Assembly (NCBI GenBank): GCA_035544355.1
Contig: DATKFO010000656.1
Span: 1-24,545, forward strand
DNA from: Thermoanaerobaculia bacterium
GTDB lineage: Bacteria; Acidobacteriota; Thermoanaerobaculia; Gp7-AA8
Length of the DNA: 24,545 bases
Direction of reading: 5' to 3'
Shown here: positions 7,650-15,500 of the stretch, piece by piece
How positions within the stretch are numbered: position 1 is the first letter of the stretch
How the letters are laid out: each line of letters opens with the position of its first letter
The notes under the pieces: model-generated
Databases searched by the model: none
Told to the model about the DNA's origin: nothing
What the model saw: the letters and a program-made list of their open reading frames with translations, nothing else
Translations under genes and position numbers: made by a program

Positions 7650-9380
7650 ATGTTGGCTGCGATCATCATCGCCGCACTCGCGCTTCCCTCCGGTTACGTT
7701 CCGGATGCCGAATGCACCAGCTGCCACAGCGGAATCGCGCGCTCGTATCAAAACGTCGGGATGTCGCGCTCGTTTTATCGTCCGCGTCCCGAGACGAACA
7801 TCGAAGACTTCGACGCGCCGCCGTTTCATCACGAGAAATCGAAGCAGTGGATGGAGCTGAAGTGGCGTGACGGCAAGTTGGTGTTTCGCCGCTGGACCGA
7901 TCCCTCCACCGTCTTCGAACAACCCGTCGACTGGATCCTCGGATCCGGCAATCACGCGCGGACGTATCTCTACGCAACGCCGAGCGGCGAGCTCTTTCAA
8001 TTGCCGATCGCGTGGTACACGCAGACGAAGAGCTGGGGGATGGCGCCGGGCTACGACCGCGCCGATCACGAGGGTGTGCTGCGGCGCGTGCGGCACGAGT
8101 GCATGTTCTGCCACAACGCGTATGCTGGCGTCGCGGAGAACACGAGCGACGGCTACTGGCGCGATCAGAGTTTTCCCGCGCATTTGCCCGAAGGCATCGG
8201 ATGCCAGCGCTGCCACGGTCCCGGCGCGGAGCACGTGCGCCGCGCGAATGAAAGTGCCGCAGTTGCACGCGCGACGATCGTCCGTCCGACGCGGCTCGAT
8301 GCGAAGAAGCGCAACGACGTTTGCTACGAATGCCACATGCAGGCATCCGTTGCGATCGCGGGTGTTCGCCGCTTCGGTCGCGACATCACGTCGTTTCGTC
8401 CAGGCCAACCGCTCGGCGATTACCTGCTGCACACCGACATCAGCGAAAACGATCTGCCGCGCACCGATCGCTTCGAGATCAATCACCATCCGTATCGCCT
8501 CGAACAGAGCCGCTGCTTCCGCGAGAGCAAGGGCCGACTCAGTTGCCTCAGCTGCCACGATCCGCATCGCAAGCTCGTAGTCGCGGACGTGCGTGTCGTA
8601 TGTCGCAACTGTCACCTGCGGCGGCGGGACGCCGCCGGGCCAGCCGCCGAGACGGCGGCGCTCCACGTCTCCGCGGACACCGATTGCGTGTCGTGCCACA
8701 TGCCGAAGCGGCGCACGCAGGACGTCGTGCGCGTCGTGATGACGGACCATCGCATTCAGATCAAACCGTCCGGCGATCTCGTCGCGCCGCGCGAGGAGCG
8801 CGAGACGCATGTGAGCGATGTGACCTTTCTCGATCGCGACGTGAAAGACGCGGAGATCTATCGCGTGATCGCAATCCTGCGCGCGCATGGCGGACGTCAC
8901 GCGGCGTCGCTGCAGCGGCTCGAAACGCTGCTCGCCACGACAAAGCCGAAAGAGATCGAACCGTACCTCGATCTCGCATCGGGGCAGTTGATCCAGAAGC
9001 GCTACGCCGATCTCGAGAAAACCGCGCGCTCGATTCTCGAGCGCGCGCCGCAACATCCGCTCGCACTCGAATGGCTCGGCGTCGCGCGGATCGCGCACGG
9101 CCATCGCGACGAAGGGCTGGCGTTGCTGCGCGGACTCACGCGTCCCGAGGCTCGGTTCAATCTCGCGTTGCTGCTGCGGGAGCCGAGCGAAGCGATCGCG
9201 CAACTCGAGCTCGTGGTGAAAGAGCGGCCGAATCTCGCGGCGGCGTGGTTTTATCTCGGCGAAAACAGCGCTGCACTCGGGGACCGCGAGAGAGCGATGG
9301 AGTGTTATCGCAGGGCGCTGAGCATCGATCCGAACTTCGTGCGCGCTGCGAACGCGCTCGCGTCACTCCAAGCGCGATGA
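7650..9380 (+). CDS. Exported heptaheme cytochrome c with C-terminal TPRs
   Basis: Start revised from 7548 to ATG 7650, giving the signal-like MLAAIIIAALAL. Seven CxxCH motifs (CTSCH, CMFCH, CQRCH, CYECH, CLSCH, CRNCH, CVSCH). TPR-like C-terminus (ARFNLALLL, AWFYLGENSAALG, YRRALSIDP). Confidence 0.9.
   Translation: MLAAIIIAALALPSGYVPDAECTSCHSGIARSYQNVGMSRSFYRPRPETNIEDFDAPPFHHEKSKQWMELKWRDGKLVFRRWTDPSTVFEQPVDWILGSGNHARTYLYATPSGELFQLPIAWYTQTKSWGMAPGYDRADHEGVLRRVRHECMFCHNAYAGVAENTSDGYWRDQSFPAHLPEGIGCQRCHGPGAEHVRRANESAAVARATIVRPTRLDAKKRNDVCYECHMQASVAIAGVRRFGRDITSFRPGQPLGDYLLHTDISENDLPRTDRFEINHHPYRLEQSRCFRESKGRLSCLSCHDPHRKLVVADVRVVCRNCHLRRRDAAGPAAETAALHVSADTDCVSCHMPKRRTQDVVRVVMTDHRIQIKPSGDLVAPREERETHVSDVTFLDRDVKDAEIYRVIAILRAHGGRHAASLQRLETLLATTKPKEIEPYLDLASGQLIQKRYADLEKTARSILERAPQHPLALEWLGVARIAHGHRDEGLALLRGLTRPEARFNLALLLREPSEAIAQLELVVKERPNLAAAWFYLGENSAALGDRERAMECYRRALSIDPNFVRAANALASLQAR
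8619..8665. repeat. In-frame REP-like double hairpin inside the cytochrome CDS
   Basis: CGGCGGCG-GGA-CGCCGCCG (8619-8637) and GCCGCCG-AGA-CGGCGGC (8643-8659), followed by GCTCCA. Encodes RRRDAAGPAAETAAL. Confidence 0.6.
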
Positions 9381-9440
9381 CGCTCCTCTGGATACAATCG
9401 CGAACTACCGCCAAATCGAAGATGGAGCTGCGCACTTCCC

Positions 9441-10373
9441 ATGTCCGAAGCGCCTGAAGACGCCGTGCTCGTCGGAGCGGCACCGGCAGATGTGACGACG
9501 ATCGCCGGCTGGATCCGCCAGAAGAGATGCGTGTTGTTTCTCGGGGCGGGCGTGCATTCGCTGCCGCCTCCCGAGTCCCATTATCAATACGCGGACAGCG
9601 AGCGGCCGCGCGGTGCGAGCGAGTTGATCAAACACCTCGCGGAAATGAGCCGGTACGCCGACGATTACCCGGACGAAGTGCCCAACAACCTCGGGAGAAT
9701 CTCGCTCTACTTCGAGACCAAGAGGCCGACGCTCGATCGCAGCGCCCTCATCACCGAAGTTCGGAAGCTCGTCCAGACGGGGAAGCGTCCTTCCTCCGTG
9801 GTTCGTGGACTCGCTGCTCTCGATTTCCCGCTCATCGCGACGACGAACTACGACCAGCTGATCGAAGACGCGCTGCGAGAGCACAGAAAGCGTCCGGTCA
9901 TCTCTGTTTACAAGCGAAAGTCGAAGGAGAGCACCGATACGTACGCCGGATCGGAGGTTGAGCCGACGCCGGAGGAGCCGTTCGTGCTCAAGATTCACGG
10001 CGACATCAACAAAGAGGACTCGATCGTCATCACGGACGAGGACTACATCCATTTCATGCTGCGCATGAGAGACGCGGGGCAGTTTGATCCGGTACCGCCG
10101 GTCTTTCGCTATCAATTCACGACCTACGCGACGCTGTTCATCGGCTACAGCCTTCTCGACTACAACCTGAGGCTTCTGTTCAAAGCGCTGCGCTGGGAAG
10201 TCGAAGGCGGCCCGGTGCGGCCGCCGTCATACGCCGTCGATCCGAAGCCGGATCGTCTGATCCGCGATGTGTATGGCGATCAGCATCGATTCGTTCATTT
10301 CATCGTCAGAGACGTGTGGTCCTTCGTTCCGATGCTGTACCGCGAGCTCAAAGGCACCGAGATGCCGGAGTGA
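9441..10373 (+). CDS. Stand-alone SIR2-like (SIR2_2-type) protein, putative NADase
   Basis: CVLFLGAGV, IATTNYDQLIE, VLKIHGD, IVITDEDY and LFIGYSLLDYN motifs. Confidence 0.9.
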   Translation: MSEAPEDAVLVGAAPADVTTIAGWIRQKRCVLFLGAGVHSLPPPESHYQYADSERPRGASELIKHLAEMSRYADDYPDEVPNNLGRISLYFETKRPTLDRSALITEVRKLVQTGKRPSSVVRGLAALDFPLIATTNYDQLIEDALREHRKRPVISVYKRKSKESTDTYAGSEVEPTPEEPFVLKIHGDINKEDSIVITDEDYIHFMLRMRDAGQFDPVPPVFRYQFTTYATLFIGYSLLDYNLRLLFKALRWEVEGGPVRPPSYAVDPKPDRLIRDVYGDQHRFVHFIVRDVWSFVPMLYRELKGTEMPE

Positions 10374-12205
10374 CGTCGATGTCCATGTTGCCGACCGAAA
10401 GTTCCGCCATGTCATCCACAGACTCGCAGCGGATTGCGACGCCTTTGCCGAAAGCGCCGTATCGCGGGATCGAGGAGTTCCGCTGCATCGACTCCGCCAT
10501 CTTTTTCGGGCGCGACAGCGAAGGAAAGACGCTGCTGCGGCTCATCACCATGTATCGCGGCGTGCTCCTTTACGGCGATTCCGGCGCCGGCAAGTCGTCG
10601 CTCATCAACGCGAAGCTCATTCCGATGGCGATGGCCGAGCAGTTCGCGCCGGAACGCGTCCGCGTGCAGCCGAAACTCGGAGAGGAGTTCATCGTCGAGC
10701 GCATCGCGATCGCGGAAGAGGGGAGTGCGCTGCTGCCGACGATCTTCAGCGACGGCGATGGTTCGCCGCGGATCAGTTTCTCGGCTGCGGCATTCGTGCA
10801 GCGCGTGATCGAACGCTGCCACGCGCGGATCGACGGCGACGGGATCCCGCAACTACCGGCGCAGTTTCCGCTCCTCGTCTTCGACCAGTTCGAAGAGCTC
10901 GTCACACTGTCCGAACAGTTCGCGAGGGAGACGCGAAGCACGGTCGCGTATGAAGCGTATGCGTCGATCACACGCGCGTTGCTCGAGCTGCTGCAAGACG
11001 AATCGCTTTGCCTGAAGATGCTGTTCGTTTTTCGCGAGGACTATTACGCGAAGCTGAGCAAGTTCTTCGCGCTTCATCCCGGCCTGACGAATCATTTTCT
11101 GCGGATCGAGCCGCTGCACACTTCGCAGTTGCACACGATCATCGCCGGTCCGTTCGAGACGATCGCCTTCGATCACGTGCTTCCCGCGAACGTGATCGCG
11201 AGTCTGGAGCGCGAGCTCCGCGAGCGCAGCGACTCGGATCTCATCAACCTCTCGGAGGTACAGATCGCGTCATTGCGGCTCTGGAATTCGAGCGAGCCGA
11301 TGAAGCTGCTCGAGGAGCAGCACGTAGCGGGACTGCTCGAATCGTATTTTTCCGCGGCCATCGATGCATTGCCGCCGCTGCATCAGCAGATCGCGTACGT
11401 CCTGTTGGGAAGGATGGTCACTGACTCGGGGACGCGGAACGTCGTTTCCACTGAGGATCTCGTGGCCAGCGTCGAGGGAGAGAGGGTCGACCGGAGAATC
11501 GCGTTCGAAGTGCTGGATGCGCTCACGAAGAGCGCGCGCGTGATTCGCCGCGAGCGAAGAAGCGACGTGCTCGTCTACGAGATCGTGAGCGAGTATCTCG
11601 TGCCGTGGATTCGCCGGCGCAAGCTGGAGGAACAGGCGGCGCGCGAACGCCGGGCGGAGTACGAGCGGGAGCTGCAATCGAGGAAGCGGCGCTGGAAATG
11701 GATCGCGGTCAGCATGCTCGTCGTGTCGCTGCTCGTCGTCGGAGCGATGGCCATCGAGATCTACCGGCGCTCGAGCACGGAATTGTTCCGCAGTCGTGAA
11801 GAAGCGGTGGCCACTGCGAAACGGCTCACGAGTCAGCAAAAAGATCTGCTGCGAATCCAGGAGTCGCTTCGCGAGGAGCTGACGAATACAAAGGCTTCGG
11901 TCACTCGCACGCAACGCGCGCTCGAGAACGCCTTGTTCAACATGGTGGAGGAGCGCCAGCGAGCGGACACGAATCAGCGACTGCTCGCCGGGGCACGCGC
12001 GCGGATCGTAGTGTTGGACCGAGAGCTCGCAATGATTCGTACGCAGCTCGAGCACTCCGAGGGAGAATCCCAGACTCTGAAGAAAGACATCGATGCGCTG
12101 AAGAAAGAAAACGACTCGCTCAAGAAAGAAAACGAGTCGCTGAAGAAGCGTGTCGAGGCGCTACAGCAAACGCCGTTCGTCAACACCGGGACCTACGGTC
12201 CCTGA
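10370..12205 (+). CDS. STAND-family (nSTAND1-like) ATPase with winged-helix region, TM helix and C-terminal coiled coil
   Basis: PYRGIEEF..DSAIFFGR N-terminus, Walker A GDSGAGKSS, Walker B LLVFDQFEEL, FVFREDY, INLSEVQI, YEIVSEYL; TM WIAVSMLVVSLLVVGAMAIEIY. GTG at 10370 overlaps the SIR2 TGA (GTGA); alternative ATGs at 10379 and 10385. Confidence 0.88.
   Translation: MTSMSMLPTESSAMSSTDSQRIATPLPKAPYRGIEEFRCIDSAIFFGRDSEGKTLLRLITMYRGVLLYGDSGAGKSSLINAKLIPMAMAEQFAPERVRVQPKLGEEFIVERIAIAEEGSALLPTIFSDGDGSPRISFSAAAFVQRVIERCHARIDGDGIPQLPAQFPLLVFDQFEELVTLSEQFARETRSTVAYEAYASITRALLELLQDESLCLKMLFVFREDYYAKLSKFFALHPGLTNHFLRIEPLHTSQLHTIIAGPFETIAFDHVLPANVIASLERELRERSDSDLINLSEVQIASLRLWNSSEPMKLLEEQHVAGLLESYFSAAIDALPPLHQQIAYVLLGRMVTDSGTRNVVSTEDLVASVEGERVDRRIAFEVLDALTKSARVIRRERRSDVLVYEIVSEYLVPWIRRRKLEEQAARERRAEYERELQSRKRRWKWIAVSMLVVSLLVVGAMAIEIYRRSSTELFRSREEAVATAKRLTSQQKDLLRIQESLREELTNTKASVTRTQRALENALFNMVEERQRADTNQRLLAGARARIVVLDRELAMIRTQLEHSEGESQTLKKDIDALKKENDSLKKENESLKKRVEALQQTPFVNTGTYGP
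12077..12160 (+). repeat. Four tandem 21-bp units encoding leucine heptads
   Basis: LKKDIDA LKKENDS LKKENES LKKRVEA; units 2 and 3 differ at only 2 nt. Confidence 0.8.
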
Positions 12206-12531
12206 TTGTTCCCGCTCACTCCTGCAATCTCCATCGTCGTCCGGCTGATCGCCGATCACGGCACGGTGGAGGCTTGTCTCGAGTCGTGGACGCGCCAGAC
12301 GCGCACGATCGCATGCAGCTGGTTGTTGTCGATCACGGTGTCGATGCGGCGACGGCGTCGCGTTTGCGCGCGCGATTGCAATCGCATGATCTTTGGATCG
12401 ATGTTGCGACGTCCGAGGAGAGCCGGGCGATCTCTGCTGTGAAGACGGGCAACAGGAACTTGTCCTCACCTGTCGCGCGTTCCGAGAGGGTGCGAGACGA
12501 CTCGGAATCGCGCTCTGCACGATTCGCGTGA
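12206..12531 (+). pseudogene. Frameshifted, truncated glycosyltransferase family 2 N-terminal fragment
   Basis: Frame 1 (PAISIVVRLIADHGTVEACLESWTRQT) joins frame 2 (HDRMQLVVVDHGVDAATASRL) across an apparent 1-nt deletion at ~12302. This reproduces the GT2 pattern ISIVV..CL.S...QT....VVVD.G.D. Confidence 0.55.
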
Positions 12532-12548
12532 TCGAATCCGCGTTCGTT

Positions 12549-12554
12549 TAGAAT
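12549..12554 (+). promoter_or_regulatory. Candidate -10 element (TAGAAT) for dnaE
   Basis: TAGAAT lies 12 nt before the ATG at 12567; no SD between them. Confidence 0.4.
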
Positions 12555-12566
12555 CCAAACTGCCCC

Positions 12567-15500
12567 ATGTCCTTCGTTCACCTCCACCTCCACACGGAAT
12601 ACTCCCTGCTCGACGGCGCCACTCGACCGGACGCGCTCGCCAAGCGCGTCGCGCAGCTCGGGATGCCCGCGTGCGCGATCACCGATCACGGCAACATGTT
12701 CGGCGCGGTCGAGTTCTACAACGCGATGAAGAGCGTCGGCGTGAAGCCCATCATCGGGTGCGAGATGTACATGGCGTACGGCTCGCGGCACGACAAGACG
12801 TCCGTCGAAGATCAGCAGGCCGACGCCGGATCGAACAATCACCTCATCGTCCTCGCGTCGAACGACACCGGCTACAAGAATCTCGTCAAGCTCGTGAGCG
12901 CCGGCTACACCGAGGGCTTCTATTACAAGCCGCGCATCGACAAGGAAATCCTGCGCGAGCATCGCGAAGGACTCATCGTTCTCTCGTCGTGCTTGAAAGG
13001 CGAGGTCTCGCAGAATCTCGCGCAGGGAAATTACACGCGCGCAAAAGACGCCGCGCTGCAGTTCAAGGAGATCCTCGGGCCCGACAACTTCTTTCTGGAG
13101 ATCCAGGACCACGGCATTCCGGATCAGCAGAAGATCGTCCCGATGATGGCGCGCCTCGGCGAAGAGGTCGGCCTGCCGCTCATCGCCACGAACGACTCGC
13201 ACTACCTCAACAAAGACGACGCGTTCGCACACGAAGTGCTGCTCTGCATCGGCACGGGCAAAACGCTCAACGACGAAAAGCGGATGAAGTTCTACTCGGA
13301 CGACTTCTACGTGAAGGGTCCGGACGAGATGCGCCGCATTTTCTCCGCGTATCCCGAGGCGCTCGCGAACACGGTGCGCATCGCCGAGCGCGTGCATATG
13401 TCGCTCGACGTGAAGGGCCACCATCTCCCGAAATTTCCGGTGCCCGAGGGCTATGACCTCAATACGTACTTCGCGGAGATCGTGCGCGCGGGTTTGAAGA
13501 AACGCCTGAGCGCCGCCACGCGGAGAAAGCACGAGCCGCAGGAGTATTGGGATCGCCTCGAGCGCGAGATCGACATCATCAACAACATGGGATTCCCGGG
13601 CTACTTCCTCGTGGTCTGGGACTTCATCAAATACGCGAAAGACAGCGGCATCCCGGTCGGTCCGGGGCGCGGTTCCGCGGCGGGCTCGCTCGTCGCGTAC
13701 TCGATGGGCATCACCGACGTCGATCCGCTCGAGTACGACCTGCTGTTCGAGCGCTTCCTCAATCCCGAGCGTATCTCGATGCCCGACATCGACATCGACT
13801 TCTGCATGAACAATCGCGGGCGCGTGATCGAGTACGTGCGCAAGAAATACGGGAAAGAGAACGTCGCGCAGATCATCACGTTCGGAACGATGGCCGCGAA
13901 GTCGGTCGTGCGCGACGTCGGCCGCGTGATCGGCTTGCCGTACGGGCTCGTCGACAAAGTCGCGAAGACGATTCCCACGGGCCCGGATGTCACGCTCGAA
14001 AACGCTCCGAAGGATTCGCCCGCGCTCGCGGAAGCGATGAAGAACGATGCGGAAGTCGCGCGCATCGTCGAGATCGGCGCGCGGCTCGAAGGACTCTCGC
14101 GCCACGCGGGGATGCACGCGGCCGGCGTCGTCATCACGCCTGAGCCGGTGACGAATTACGTTCCGCTCTACCTCACGAACCGCGATGAAATCGTGACGCA
14201 GTACGACATGCGCGTCGTCGAGAAGATGGGTCTTCTCAAGATGGACTTCCTCGGCCTGCGCACGCTGACGGTCATCGACGACGCGCTGAAGTCCGCTGCG
14301 CGCGAGACCGGCACGAAGATCGAGATCGAGGCGATTCCGCTCGACGATCCCGACGTCTTCCGCCATTTTCAGGAAGGGCGCACGAAGGGCGTGTTCCAGT
14401 TCGAGTCGGGCGGCATGGTCGATCTGCTGCGCAAATCGCGGCCGACAAAATTCGAAGATCTCGCGGCGTTGAACGCGCTTTATCGCCCCGGTGCGCTCGA
14501 TGCCGGCATGGTCGACGAGTACGTCCGGCGCAAGAACGGGCAGTCGAAGGCGAAGTACCTCGTCCCCGAGATGAAGGAGATTCTCGAAGAGACGTACGGC
14601 GTCATCGTCTATCAGGAGCAGGTGATGCAGATCGCGCAGCGCGTGGCCGGCTACTCCCTCGGCCAGGCGGATCTGCTGCGCAAGGCGATGGGCAAGAAAG
14701 ACGCCGCGATGATGGCCGCGGAGCGCGACAAGTTCGTCGCCGGCGCCGTCGCGAACGGCTACGAGAAGAAGAAAGCGAACGAGGTCTTCGACTACATCGA
14801 GCCGTTCGCGCGCTACGGCTTCAACAAGTCACACTCCGTCGCGTACGCGCTCGTCGCGTATCAGACGGCGTGGCTGAAGGTGCATCACCCGCGGCACTTC
14901 ATGGCCGCGCTCATGAGCTCGGAGATGGACAAGACCGAAGCGGTCGTGAAGTTCATCAACGAAGCGAAGTCGATGGGCATCGAGGTGATGCCGCCCGATA
15001 TCAACGAATCGAATTACTGGTTCACCGTCGTCGGCCAGAACATCCGCTTCGGCCTCGGCGCAGTGAAAGGCGTCGGCGAAAGCGCGATCGAATCGATCCT
15101 CGCCGGGCGCCAGAAGATCGGGCGCTTCACGTCGCTGCTGCAGTTCTGCGAGGAGGTCGATCTCCGCGCGTGCAACAAGAAAGTGCTCGAAGCGCTGATC
15201 AAATCGGGCTCGTTCGATTTTCTCGGCGGCTCGCGCAAGGCGCTGTTCGATCAGATCGAGCCGATCTCCGATTCCGCGCAGCGCACGAAGGATGAGAAGG
15301 AGCGCGGACAGAGCTCGCTGTTCGGCAATGTGGCACAGACACTCTTGTCTGTGCCGAAGGGTGCACAGACAGGAGTGTCTGTGCCACAGAAAGCCGAATG
15401 GCCTGAAGACGAGAAGCTCCGCAACGAAAAAGAAACGCTCGGCTTCTACATCACCGGCCATCCGCTCACGCGTTACGCGAACGAGCTGAAGATGTTCGCC

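Noticed and set aside
7647-9203. 518-aa minus-strand ORF
   Set aside because: Antisense shadow of the cytochrome gene.
12475-12538. Two hairpins upstream of dnaE as a riboswitch or terminator
   Set aside because: No U-tract and no recognisable riboswitch consensus; short GC stems are expected by chance.
12333-14366. 677-aa minus-strand ORF
   Set aside because: Antisense shadow of dnaE.
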